A stretch of DNA of 64,000 nt from IMG/VR virus record IMGVR_UViG_3300045119_000497. The stretch is one strand, 5' to 3'. Within the stretch, counting starts at the first letter, position 1; every line of letters starts with the position of its first letter. A model generated the notes under the pieces. The model was not told the origin of the DNA. It saw nothing but the letters and a program-made list of their open reading frames with translations, and made no database searches. Shown here in pieces: positions 36,789 through 46,671 of this stretch. Source of the DNA: an uncultured virus (IMG/VR IMGVR_UViG_3300045119_000497). Its lineage: Duplodnaviria; Heunggongvirae; Uroviricota; Caudoviricetes. Made by a program: the position numbers and the translations under genes.

Positions 36789-39662
36789 TCATCCAAATGT
36801 GTTTTGCGTTAGCCACATCGGATTGGCCGAAAAGTCAGGTAGCGCAGCCGCCACCCGTGTAGCGGCATCGGTTTGGGCTGCTGACCACCCCGTAGAACCC
36901 AGCGCGGTAGCCCAGTTGTAAGAAAGCCAATGCTCGGTCAAATATGTGTCTGGGGCGCCGGTTCCCGCAGGCGAGAAACCGGTTGATGCGGCGGGTGGCG
37001 CCGCACAAATGATCCACGGCCCAGATAGATCCTCTTGCGGTCCTGAACCCGATTGGAACGTCCCGGAATCGGTCGGGGTGATCTTTGTGCCGCCGGGGGT
37101 AGCGGCAAGATTACAGGTAGTGCCCGATACGTCTCGTGCGTAATAGGGAGTGTTCCCCGAGAAGCCCCCCGGCAGCGTTTCATCTGGATCGAAGATGAAC
37201 TTGTCTCCGGTCGTCAAGGCGTATCCGTTGACGGTATCAACCGTCATCGTGAATGCTGTGGCGCCGGTAGTCCAGGTCACTCGCGAGATCATCCCCGTCG
37301 TTCTCACCCCATAGTTGGTGTCCGAGGTTATCGGGGTGCCGTAGGCACTGCCGCCGGACAGTATAAGCGAGTGATCATACTCGACGTACAGATGATAGCC
37401 GCCAAAGGTGTTAACGACGTGGCTATCCCATGCCGAAACCGTATTCAGCCACGTCATCGCGTCTGCGTTCTCTCGCGCCGCAGCCATGCACATGACCGCG
37501 ATGAAATAGTTGTACTGAAACCCACCCGAATTGACTTCCAACCGAGTTCCGGGAGTCGCCACGGGGTGCCAGTATCCTAGGCCGGCGAGATAGCTTCCGA
37601 GTTGGGTCGAGTTCATCACTAAGAGCGGGTAGCCCGCGCTCAGGTCTGCCATCGCCCGGATATAGTTGCAGTACTGGGAGCCGTCCGGATGATTCGGCGG
37701 AGCGATCGTGGCCGCGTGCTGGAGGTCGCGGTTCGCCCACGCCATCGAGCGAATCCCTGTTTGTGCCGCTCCCGCCGTCACCACGCCGACACCCGCAGGC
37801 ACTGCTCCACTGTAGTTTCCCCCGTTTGGCGGATTTCGGAAAAATGGGTGAAACTCGATGATCCCCCCGTTGGCAGCTTCCAGGCACAGATCCATAAAGT
37901 GCGGCTCGCCAAACACCAGTGCCGCGTAATACGCCATGCTGTATTTGTGCGCCAGATTTTGCTGCCCAATGTTGAAATAATTACCGTTGGTCGGCGCGGT
38001 GAAACCGCTCATGACGCCGCCCAGATACGACACGTTATTTTGCACGGTACTTGAGGGCGCGGGCATTCCCGTGTAGGTGCCGGTGCCGAAGTTGACGTAG
38101 TTACCCGTCGTCACATCTCGGAAGCTGCCGACCCCCTCAAAGTCGCTGGCGAACGCGATGGCGCGAACGATCAGATCGCTCGTGGCGCTCTGATTATAGA
38201 AATGGCGGACCTGATATTGGTTGAGCGGGGCAATGCCTGGCGCACCCCCGCCGTTGCCGCGCGAGGCCAACCCGAGCGGCCCGCTGGAACACGGGTTCCA
38301 GGTGTAGGAATAGGATGTGTCGTCGATGGTGCCGCCAAACGCAACGCCGTTATAAGCCGTATTGTATGGCGGCAACAGACCACTTTTGATCGCATACGCC
38401 TGATTGTACTGCGTGCGGATCGTACCGTCCGCCGTCATCGACCCGGTGCCTTGGAAGAAGTTCACCCTGCCGTTGGAGTCGGCGGTGAAAAGAGATTGAA
38501 AATGTAGGCATGTTGGAACGGGCGTTATAGTATGCGTCCCGCTGCCGGCGTCAGTCGCAGTAATGAACGTGCTCGTACCGCCCGTCGATTCGGTCGAAAG
38601 ATTGACCTGAGTGGTCCCTCCGTTCACGGTCGATAGATAGTACAGGCGGGTCGTCAGCAGCGGCGCGGGGAGCGTGCCGGTGGTTGACAGGACGCACGGC
38701 ACCATATTCTGTGCGGCATTCGTCTCAACGCCGCTGTAGAAATTGTTTGTCGATGTACCAAATATCTTGCTGCTCGCCGTGGCGGTAAACGTGCACGGGT
38801 TGAACGGCCAAGTCAGGGGCACCGTGGTCGGGCCGGAACCATGCTGCCATGAAACGCCGCTAAATCCGCGCCAGTCCTTTGTCGGGGTATCGAGATTGTA
38901 GTATGGCTGGGTCATCCGGCCGAGGTATCGGAACCCGCCCAGGTTGCCGCTCGCATCAGTCAAAGCCTGGATGTAATGATAGCACTCAAGCTGGCCATGA
39001 GCCGTGCCGCCCACCGTCTGAGCAAAGTGGTTCTTGGTTCGCCATACCTTTCCTGCCGCGCCGTCGAGATAAACGGCCGCTTCAGTCTGATTGGCGTCTC
39101 CATTGAGCCATGATGACCATGTGCCTGAAAGACCGTAGCCTGAGCCAAGGCCAACACCGACCATCGCAAGGCTTTGATTGTACACCTCCGTCAACGTTCG
39201 CGCGCTCGCCGATGGCGCAGACCCTCCGCTTACCACGTCAACCGACAGAGTTCCGCCACCCGTAACCGATGCCGTGCATCGAAACATGAAGCTAGCGTGG
39301 CGCAGGCTGCCGTCCGACCAGTAGGATTGCAGACCCCATGAATAAGGTTGGTCAACTCCGCCGACCTGGAACTTCGGGGCTGTTCCTGTGGGGATGTCGC
39401 CCTTAACGAACGAATATCCAAAGATCGGCGTCACGAAACCTGCGGCTTGCGTTGATCCCGATGTGTTAACTAGCGACATCCCAGAGGTTATGGGAGGCGG
39501 TGGCGGAGGCGGTGGCGGTGGGGGAGATGGCGGGGGCGGTGGCGGGGGCGATGCCGCGACTCCGCCGCGATGCATAAAAAGTCCAAAAGCCGAAGTGCGG
39601 CTGATGGCCTCCCGGCGGGTAGGAAACAGCACACTCATGGGTACGGTGAGAAAGCTCGTCAC
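36789..39662 (-). CDS. Large virion-associated protein with poly-Pro linker
   Basis: GTG start overlapping the upstream stop; Gly/Thr-rich; fibre-like LSTTGTLPAPL..YY and LPGGFS..TPYY repeats. Confidence 0.7.
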   Translation of the reverse strand: MTSFLTVPMSVLFPTRREAISRTSAFGLFMHRGGVAASPPPPPPPSPPPPPPPPPPPITSGMSLVNTSGSTQAAGFVTPIFGYSFVKGDIPTGTAPKFQVGGVDQPYSWGLQSYWSDGSLRHASFMFRCTASVTGGGTLSVDVVSGGSAPSASARTLTEVYNQSLAMVGVGLGSGYGLSGTWSSWLNGDANQTEAAVYLDGAAGKVWRTKNHFAQTVGGTAHGQLECYHYIQALTDASGNLGGFRYLGRMTQPYYNLDTPTKDWRGFSGVSWQHGSGPTTVPLTWPFNPCTFTATASSKIFGTSTNNFYSGVETNAAQNMVPCVLSTTGTLPAPLLTTRLYYLSTVNGGTTQVNLSTESTGGTSTFITATDAGSGTHTITPVPTCLHFQSLFTADSNGRVNFFQGTGSMTADGTIRTQYNQAYAIKSGLLPPYNTAYNGVAFGGTIDDTSYSYTWNPCSSGPLGLASRGNGGGAPGIAPLNQYQVRHFYNQSATSDLIVRAIAFASDFEGVGSFRDVTTGNYVNFGTGTYTGMPAPSSTVQNNVSYLGGVMSGFTAPTNGNYFNIGQQNLAHKYSMAYYAALVFGEPHFMDLCLEAANGGIIEFHPFFRNPPNGGNYSGAVPAGVGVVTAGAAQTGIRSMAWANRDLQHAATIAPPNHPDGSQYCNYIRAMADLSAGYPLLVMNSTQLGSYLAGLGYWHPVATPGTRLEVNSGGFQYNYFIAVMCMAAARENADAMTWLNTVSAWDSHVVNTFGGYHLYVEYDHSLILSGGSAYGTPITSDTNYGVRTTGMISRVTWTTGATAFTMTVDTVNGYALTTGDKFIFDPDETLPGGFSGNTPYYARDVSGTTCNLAATPGGTKITPTDSGTFQSGSGPQEDLSGPWIICAAPPAASTGFSPAGTGAPDTYLTEHWLSYNWATALGSTGWSAAQTDAATRVAAALPDFSANPMWLTQNTFG
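39491..39549 (-). repeat. Poly-proline coding tract
   Basis: Encodes PPPPPPPSPPPPPPPPPP. Confidence 0.85.
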
Positions 39663-40837
39663 GGCGTGCCCCAGTACGCTTTCTGATTCGCGTACAAGCT
39701 GGCAATCGTACTGGCGCTCCACTTGACGTTATCTATCCAGCCGCCCTCCACGATCATCCCCGCAGTCGAATGATCGCTATTCGTTAGGAGTGTAACTGGA
39801 AGAGTAGTGGTGTTCGCGACAGCGGTGCCGGTCGTCGTTGTTCCATCGATGGTAATTGAGGACTGATTGCTGCCGCTCCCCAGTATCCCGATCGTGGAGT
39901 GCCATAGACTTACGGCGTCAGAATATGCGGCAAACGCGGCCCCACTTGTGCCACCTACCGTTTGGAGGAAGGCGCCCGAGCCCAGGTACATCGTTTGGTT
40001 CGCCTGATCCCCGTTCGGGGCCACAAGCACAACACCGTGGTTGCTGATCTGCCGACTATTCATCGACATGATAGACGCTACGCCCGTCGCGGGTGTGTAT
40101 TTGTACTGTCCGTTGTTGGTCGTTGTCAGGTATGTGTCGTCGCCGGCGCCCTGGATGCACATGGAGCCGGCGACGCAATTGAAGACGATTGTGTTCTTGT
40201 TTACGACATCGACGCCACCGTGGCCGTTGTAAGCGATGTCGCAGGTCGCAGGGTTGCCGCTGTTGGTGCAGGCATTATTTAGGGTTTGGTCGTAGAAATT
40301 GTTGTGGATGCAGTCGGTTGCAGTCAGCGACTGACTTGAGACGGTTTGGCTGCGGTTGACGGTGTATGAACCGCCGCCGTTGACAGCGGTGACTTGCGTG
40401 CCTGGCGTGACGTGCACGCCACCATCGTCAATGATGTCTAGCAGAAGGAATGTACCAACGGTCAGCGTCAGCGTCGTACCGCTGATAGACCCGGTACCTG
40501 TTGCCCGAGTGCAGAAGGTATGCGGGTCTTGCGCATTGTCCCCGCCAGTCGAACAGTTTGCTGTGTTGCCTACGCCTCCGCTTGTCATAGGGAGCACATC
40601 GCAGGTGTGGCTGTTTGAGGTCTTCTTGATATTTGCGAGGGGCTGCGTTCCTGCCGCTGCGATGGCCGCCGTGTAGGCGCGGAAGCCGTACCATGCAGTA
40701 AATGCGGTGATATCACCGGGACCAGTATAAGTGACCGGTGGGGCGGCGCCTCCTCCATGCAGAAAGCGCGCCTCGGATAACGCGCCTAATTCCACCAGGA
40801 AAGCAGCGCCGAGAACAGCGATACTTCCATACCTCAC
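39659..40837 (-). CDS. Cys-rich putative secreted lectin/ConA-like fibre protein, paralogue 2
   Basis: GTG start at 40837; TYTGPGDI..AWYG.RA and terminal NQKAYWGTP shared with the upstream gene; 8 Cys. Confidence 0.7.
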   Translation of the reverse strand: MRYGSIAVLGAAFLVELGALSEARFLHGGGAAPPVTYTGPGDITAFTAWYGFRAYTAAIAAAGTQPLANIKKTSNSHTCDVLPMTSGGVGNTANCSTGGDNAQDPHTFCTRATGTGSISGTTLTLTVGTFLLLDIIDDGGVHVTPGTQVTAVNGGGSYTVNRSQTVSSQSLTATDCIHNNFYDQTLNNACTNSGNPATCDIAYNGHGGVDVVNKNTIVFNCVAGSMCIQGAGDDTYLTTTNNGQYKYTPATGVASIMSMNSRQISNHGVVLVAPNGDQANQTMYLGSGAFLQTVGGTSGAAFAAYSDAVSLWHSTIGILGSGSNQSSITIDGTTTTGTAVANTTTLPVTLLTNSDHSTAGMIVEGGWIDNVKWSASTIASLYANQKAYWGTP

Positions 40838-41775
40838 GGAGTTCCCCAATAGGCGGACTGATTGGTATGCAGGTTTCCGTATACCGTTGCCGACCACGCG
40901 ACATTGTCCGCGAAGCCGCCTTCGGCGAACTTCCCAACATTGCCGCTGCTTCCGGAGTTCCAGACCATGAATATCTTATTCGCTGTCGTGCTGCCGGTAA
41001 GCACGTCGGTTGCTGAAGCGGAACCGTCAACAACAACAAGGGAGCCACTCCCCTGCATGATGCAAGCCTGAGCGTGCCAGTTCGCATCTGATGCAGTAGC
41101 AGCAATAAGCCCCGATGAGCCGCCCACGCATCTGTATTGATTCGCGCTATGCTGATTGTTGTTATTCGCCGCGTTCTCCGTCACCCAAGTAATTACCGTT
41201 GTGCCAGCCGATCTGTTGACCACCATTGAGGCCGAGTTCGTGCCCGTGGCTGGCGTGAAGTTCGATGCAGAAGCATAGTATTGCTGTGATGCGCCCGTTC
41301 CTAGCGTCTGCTGAATACAGGGTAACGATGTGTTGAGGCAGTTTTTAACGAGTGCCGGGTGGATGGTCCCACTAAACGCGACATCCCGGCCTCCACCAGT
41401 TAAGTCGTAGAGACTATCAACAATGCAATCCGTACCGCTTGACCCATCGCAGAAGCCGGTCGAGCCGTTCCAGATAACGTTGCCGTTGTCGCCGCCCGTA
41501 GAGCAGCTTCCGGTGACACCAAATCCCCCCGTTGATGCCGCCAAGATGTCGCAAGTATGGTTGTCCGAGATCCGTTTGACAGGGATCAGCTTGGCATTGC
41601 TGGATGCCGCCGTGCCCGAGATGGCACGCAACCCGTACCACGCCGTCATCGTCGTGATGTCGCCGGGGCCGGTGTAGCTAGCCCCCGCCGCGGCGGCTGG
41701 CTGAAAGGACGTGAACTGCGCATTAGCGGGCCACGCAACTAACAATGCCACCAGCACAAGTGCTAAGCGCCGCAT
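40834..41775 (-). CDS. Cys-rich secreted lectin/ConA-like fibre protein, paralogue 1
   Basis: MRRLALVLVALLVAWPANA-Q signal; SYTGPGDI..AWYGLRA; NQSAYWGTP; 8 Cys. Confidence 0.75.
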   Translation of the reverse strand: MRRLALVLVALLVAWPANAQFTSFQPAAAAGASYTGPGDITTMTAWYGLRAISGTAASSNAKLIPVKRISDNHTCDILAASTGGFGVTGSCSTGGDNGNVIWNGSTGFCDGSSGTDCIVDSLYDLTGGGRDVAFSGTIHPALVKNCLNTSLPCIQQTLGTGASQQYYASASNFTPATGTNSASMVVNRSAGTTVITWVTENAANNNNQHSANQYRCVGGSSGLIAATASDANWHAQACIMQGSGSLVVVDGSASATDVLTGSTTANKIFMVWNSGSSGNVGKFAEGGFADNVAWSATVYGNLHTNQSAYWGTP

Positions 41776-41777
41776 GG

Positions 41778-44276
41778 CTAAGACGCCCCCTTGACTGCCA
41801 GCGTGCAGTTATGCGTCGTCGTCGTGTCGGAGAAGCACGAGATAACATCCTTGGCGCTTGCAGCCGTGCTGAGCGTCGGGGCGGTTCCCCCTGCCCATTT
41901 ATACTGGCTTCCCCACGTCACGGTGCGCGAGCCAGTGCCGTCTTGGGTCAACGACAGAATCCACGTCTGCCCTGCCTTCACATTGGTCGGGTTGGCGATC
42001 GTCAGATTGCCCGCTCCGAAGGTCGCAACGCAGGAGTTCGACAACGCGAAATTCGGCGTCATCGTGCCAGCCGCCGATTGCGTGCCGCATTGGGTCGCCG
42101 TGTCGGGGGTAACGGCCTGCCCAGCGGTCCACGCCTGATTGAGATTGAGTTCGGCGATCGTCCCTGTATTTGCAGGGAGGCTCGCCGTCACCGTCCCGAG
42201 CGCACCCGTGACCGGCTGAAGCGTTGCCGTCCCCGATGTTGCGTTACCCATCTTGAGCGAGCCCAGCGTGCCGGATGCGCCAGCAACGACCGCTCCGGCT
42301 GTCATCGTCACTGTCGTTCCATCATCAGTGATCGACGAATTGCCCTCGGACGCCGAGCCCGTGAACTTGCCCACAGTGTTCGCCGTGCCACTGCCGGTGA
42401 TCCCGTTGTTGGTCGTGCCGCTGTTCGCGAGGATCGTCAGGCTCGGCGTCGCGACAAACGTGCCGGTCGTGACGACCTTCCAGTTAATCAGATCGTTTTG
42501 CGCAATAGCGATGCTGTGTGTCAGGTCTTGACAGACAGCCGCGGGAGGCGTCAGCGGCCCGGTAACGGTGCAGGTGAGCGTCGTATCTGAGCCATTCTTC
42601 CGAAGCGTGACCGCAAGCGTCTGCCCCGACCCAGGGTCCGCGCTTAGGTTGACTTGGAGGTTGTTGACTGTGAGAGCGGACGGCGCCTTGGTCGAATAGT
42701 CGGCCTCAGTCGTCGAGGGGACACCGCTGCCGCCGACAGGCACGTAGCGCGTGCCGGCGGTCAGGGTAAGGCCATTGTCGGAATACTGTAGCAACCCGCC
42801 GCCCGATCCACCGCCTACCGCGCTGATGACACCGCCGCTCGCCGTGATTGTTGTGTTGTCTACCTTTGCGATCCCGAAGACGCTCGATGATGCGACAGGG
42901 AGTGCCGGCGCACCATCACTCCGCATGAAGGTCGAGGCCGAACCATTGACTGCTGCTGATCCCGCCGTCGCGGTCGGGTTCGCCCCGACAGGGATGGTCT
43001 GGCCGACATTGACATAGAGGTGCCCGGCGCCATCGGTCGTCAGGAGGGCCAGGACGCCGGAAGGGATCGTGACGCTGCCGCCGGCGCCACCGCCGTTAAT
43101 CGTGTCGGGCGAGGTCGCGGTGATCGTCACCGACTGGCTGTCGGCCTTGACGACAACCATGCCGTTGGGCGAGAGGCCGGTCGAGACCGGCACGGTCAGG
43201 GTTTGCGAGGCGGTCGTTACGTCGAAGACCGTGGTTGTCGCCCATTGGGCTGCCGTGATGGTCTGCGTCGTGCCGGCGACCACCGCGCCGAGCGGCAGGG
43301 TCTGCACCACAAAGCAGGTGCAGGTCGTGTTGTACGTGAAATCGTATTCGAGGGCGGCGATCAGCTCGCCGCCGGCCAATGCCGCGATCCCTGTCGCGGT
43401 ATTCGTCTTGATCGCCTTGGCGGCGAGGCCATTCACGGCCAGGGTCGAGGCCGCGGTATTCGTCGCGTTGATCCGGGTGCGGACGACATAGCCGTCCGTC
43501 AGGGTGAAGCCGGTCGGAGTGGTTACTGCCTGGGTATAGGTGTTGGCGGAGCCGGCGGTGATCGGGCCGACAAAGACGACCGCGGTGCCGGGCGGAGTGG
43601 AGAAGGCGCACGTGCCGTCCAGGTACTGCGTCGCATCGTTGGGCGGCGTCGGGACGCGCCCACCGACCGTCGAGGTGCACGCGACCATGTTGGCGGAGGG
43701 CAGAGCGCCCGTGACCTTTGAAGTCAGGTCGATCAAGCCGGCGAGCATGGCGTTGGTGACTTTGCCAGCGCCGATCGAAAACGCGCCGCCGGTGGCGTAG
43801 GTCACGTCGCCGGAGACGGTGGCGCCTCGGACTGTCGTTCCGGTGGCACCGTACTCGGCAATTTGCCCAGCGGTGCCGCTGGCGACAGTTCCGCTGCCGC
43901 TTCCACCACCACCACCGCCAGAAAAGGCAAGCCAATTTCTGCTGAAGATTTTGAGGTTCGCTCCGCCGTTCGTGCCGAGCGTGAGGGACGTGCCAAGATT
44001 GACAGTCGCACTAGATCCGCTTGAAAGCGTCAACGCTCCGCCGTTGTCCGCGATGAGCGTCGTGAAAAAGGCAGGATTGAAGCCGCTCGGATCGGGAAGA
44101 ACGACCGTTATGGCTCCGGTGTTGACGAACTCGACCCAAGCGCAGTTGTCGATCGGCTGAAGTTGGTAACTTGCCGCACTTACGACCTTATAAAGGATTT
44201 GCGGGCAGGTCTGAGCCAGCGCGAGACTGGGAAAGAGAATTCCCAGCAACCCAAGGACAGCCGATCGAAGTTTCAT
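41778..44276 (-). CDS. Signal-peptide-bearing fibre protein
   Basis: MKLRSAVLGLLGILFPSLALA-Q; fibre motifs (NTAASTLAVNG, TQDGTGSRTVTW..WAGGTAPTLST); 12 Cys. Confidence 0.78.
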   Translation of the reverse strand: MKLRSAVLGLLGILFPSLALAQTCPQILYKVVSAASYQLQPIDNCAWVEFVNTGAITVVLPDPSGFNPAFFTTLIADNGGALTLSSGSSATVNLGTSLTLGTNGGANLKIFSRNWLAFSGGGGGGSGSGTVASGTAGQIAEYGATGTTVRGATVSGDVTYATGGAFSIGAGKVTNAMLAGLIDLTSKVTGALPSANMVACTSTVGGRVPTPPNDATQYLDGTCAFSTPPGTAVVFVGPITAGSANTYTQAVTTPTGFTLTDGYVVRTRINATNTAASTLAVNGLAAKAIKTNTATGIAALAGGELIAALEYDFTYNTTCTCFVVQTLPLGAVVAGTTQTITAAQWATTTVFDVTTASQTLTVPVSTGLSPNGMVVVKADSQSVTITATSPDTINGGGAGGSVTIPSGVLALLTTDGAGHLYVNVGQTIPVGANPTATAGSAAVNGSASTFMRSDGAPALPVASSSVFGIAKVDNTTITASGGVISAVGGGSGGGLLQYSDNGLTLTAGTRYVPVGGSGVPSTTEADYSTKAPSALTVNNLQVNLSADPGSGQTLAVTLRKNGSDTTLTCTVTGPLTPPAAVCQDLTHSIAIAQNDLINWKVVTTGTFVATPSLTILANSGTTNNGITGSGTANTVGKFTGSASEGNSSITDDGTTVTMTAGAVVAGASGTLGSLKMGNATSGTATLQPVTGALGTVTASLPANTGTIAELNLNQAWTAGQAVTPDTATQCGTQSAAGTMTPNFALSNSCVATFGAGNLTIANPTNVKAGQTWILSLTQDGTGSRTVTWGSQYKWAGGTAPTLSTAASAKDVISCFSDTTTTHNCTLAVKGAS

Positions 44277-44289
44277 TTCAGACTGCCTT

Positions 44290-46671
44290 TCAATGAATGG
44301 CGGCGTGCAGTTGGAGCCACCGTGGACCACGCTCACGGCGCCGCGCCTTGCGTGCCTTGCGGTTGTTTCGCCGCATCTTCGGACGGCCCTGGTCATAGTT
44401 CAAGATGTTCGTGGCGGTCGAGATGGTGTCGAATTTCTTGATCGGACAACGGAAGATGACCTCGCCGATGTTCTGTTCCGAGATCGGCTTCTTCATGTCG
44501 CCGGTCTTGAGCCAACCTTTCAACTCATCCATCGACAATTCAGTAACAGCCGACAGCTTGTCCTTGCTGAAGTCCTCGAAGTGGGATTTCATCCAATCGC
44601 GGATCGCCCGCTTCGCTTTCTTGTAGCCGATCATAACCTTGGTTTCGTCGAAACCATGGTTAGCCCCGCTGGGCGTCACCTTGTCCTGGTCGATGACCCA
44701 GACTGTCGTGGACTTGGGTTTCTTACCGATGTAGACGTCGACCTGCATGTTGTCGGCACCGATGGTGCCGCGAATGTAGCCGTAATGTGCCGGCATTTTG
44801 ACTTGCCACTTCTTGCCGTTCTGGTCCTTCTCGCCTCGCCAAGAGCCTTTCTCGTTCTCGATCGAAATGTTGAGACCCTGAATCCAGATGTGGCCCTTCT
44901 TGTAGTTCCCGACATGCTGGACGAGATGCGAGACGCGGTCGATGTCACCATCAGAGGAGCGTGCCACGGCGTCGACCTCGCTCCGAGAGACCTTGTTGAC
45001 CGGAGTAACCGAGGGTTGTGTCGATGCTTCACGTGGGCGATTCAGACCACGGAACGTCGCTGTGGCGGGCTTCGCCGGCGTGGAGCTTGGCTTCGACGAA
45101 TCACCTCCGTTCGCGCTGCCGCCTTGCATCCCCAACATTGCGTCGCCGCGCGCAGCGGCTTCGACCGGAATGACTGCGTTTCCGATTTCAATGGTGTGAA
45201 CGTCGCCGCCTGTGATGGGCTCCAGCCCATCTTCCGCGCGCGCTTCGTTGCGCGATAGTTCGCCGTTCTTGATCTTGAGGTCGTGAATCTTCGCCGCCTT
45301 TTCCTGGTCCGGTTCCGGGCGGGGCTGGAAAACGAACTCAATGTCGTCATATCCGAACTTCTCCTGGATGATCGGGTCGATGATGTCGTCTTTCCAGTAC
45401 GACATAAACGGGAAGAGGCCCTCCTCTTCGGCGCTCTGGGCGGCGTTCTGGGCGGTAGCACGGTTTGTCTGCTTCACGAATGGCGTGGGGCTGACGCTAT
45501 AGGCGTAGCACGCCAGACGAATGAGAGTTTCGTCGCGCTGGGACCAGAGCGATTCGCCGCTCGAATTCTTGATGTCAAAGGGTTTCGATCCGGACGGGAA
45601 GAGACGAATCTTCGACTTGAGTTTGAGATTGCCCGACAGGAGAGCGTCCATGTGGGCCTGATACATTGCGATCTGTCGCGGGCCCCAATTCTCCGGCACG
45701 GTCACGATCAAGTCGGGAATCGAACCCTCGGTCCAGAACGAAAGCTGATAGAAGGTCTTTTTGATCGCCTCGGTTGCTTCGATCAGGATCTGCTCGGTCG
45801 CGGGGTAGCCAAACATTGGCATGTACGAACGCGGACGCATCGGCACATACATGATCTCGGACTCGTCGAGGTCGATCGACGGCAGGCCCTTTCGGATTTG
45901 TTGAAAAGCGGGCTGACGGCGAAGATACTCAACACCGTCCTTGCCTATCTCAACGATTGAGTCGGGGCGACGGCCTGCATCATCAATGAGCGGGAAAACA
46001 GTTGCCCCATCAAGCACCTCTGCGTGAAGAGGGCGACCTCGCCGATCGCGAGCAAAGTAAATGGTTGGGGCGTCCAGTACGAGGAGATCATCTGTGAGTT
46101 TTCGGGTCCATTGACTGTAAGATAACTTTCCATCAGGCCTCCGGAAGAACTTCCGCATCTCCTCGACCGCAACCGACGACGCACGTGGTTTGTTGCGCCG
46201 TTGGATCGTCCAAGGAATGCGGAGGAGCTGGTCCTGGCGAGTGGAGATAATTGTGGACAACACTCCCCACGAATCGCGCATCCCGCGGAGCATCTCCATG
46301 AGTTGCATCCGGGGTTGAATGTAGTTGAGGTTGTATCCAACCGGATAGTCCCACTCAACTGGGCGTGTCTGATGTGGAGGACCAAAGGGCGACAGCGGCT
46401 GGAAGGGACTATACCAGTTGTCGCTGAGATCAACATCGTCGATGAAGTGCGGCGGTTGGTCGGAGCGTTCGTCCCGGTATTTCGAGTTCGATTCCGGTTG
46501 CGCCACGCCAAAGTCCGCTCCGGTGAACTGGGCTGGGGGGCGCTGCGAAAACGTAGGAATATTGCCTGGGATTGAAAGGGCGGTCTGGGTTCCGCCACGC
46601 GCCGGCGCTTTGCCGAGTCTCCGCTGTTCCTGCACCCATTCGTCGAAATGCTGGTCGCGCTTGGCGCGCAT
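44290..46671 (-). CDS. Portal protein fused to an inorganic-pyrophosphatase-like domain
   Basis: Portal motifs (DDLLVLDA, FWTEGSIP, SRNEARAEDGLEP); C-terminal GNYKKGH..ISIENEKGS..HYGYIRGT..VDVYIG..FDETKVMIG. Confidence 0.88.
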   Translation of the reverse strand: MRAKRDQHFDEWVQEQRRLGKAPARGGTQTALSIPGNIPTFSQRPPAQFTGADFGVAQPESNSKYRDERSDQPPHFIDDVDLSDNWYSPFQPLSPFGPPHQTRPVEWDYPVGYNLNYIQPRMQLMEMLRGMRDSWGVLSTIISTRQDQLLRIPWTIQRRNKPRASSVAVEEMRKFFRRPDGKLSYSQWTRKLTDDLLVLDAPTIYFARDRRGRPLHAEVLDGATVFPLIDDAGRRPDSIVEIGKDGVEYLRRQPAFQQIRKGLPSIDLDESEIMYVPMRPRSYMPMFGYPATEQILIEATEAIKKTFYQLSFWTEGSIPDLIVTVPENWGPRQIAMYQAHMDALLSGNLKLKSKIRLFPSGSKPFDIKNSSGESLWSQRDETLIRLACYAYSVSPTPFVKQTNRATAQNAAQSAEEEGLFPFMSYWKDDIIDPIIQEKFGYDDIEFVFQPRPEPDQEKAAKIHDLKIKNGELSRNEARAEDGLEPITGGDVHTIEIGNAVIPVEAAARGDAMLGMQGGSANGGDSSKPSSTPAKPATATFRGLNRPREASTQPSVTPVNKVSRSEVDAVARSSDGDIDRVSHLVQHVGNYKKGHIWIQGLNISIENEKGSWRGEKDQNGKKWQVKMPAHYGYIRGTIGADNMQVDVYIGKKPKSTTVWVIDQDKVTPSGANHGFDETKVMIGYKKAKRAIRDWMKSHFEDFSKDKLSAVTELSMDELKGWLKTGDMKKPISEQNIGEVIFRCPIKKFDTISTATNILNYDQGRPKMRRNNRKARKARRRERGPRWLQLHAAIH

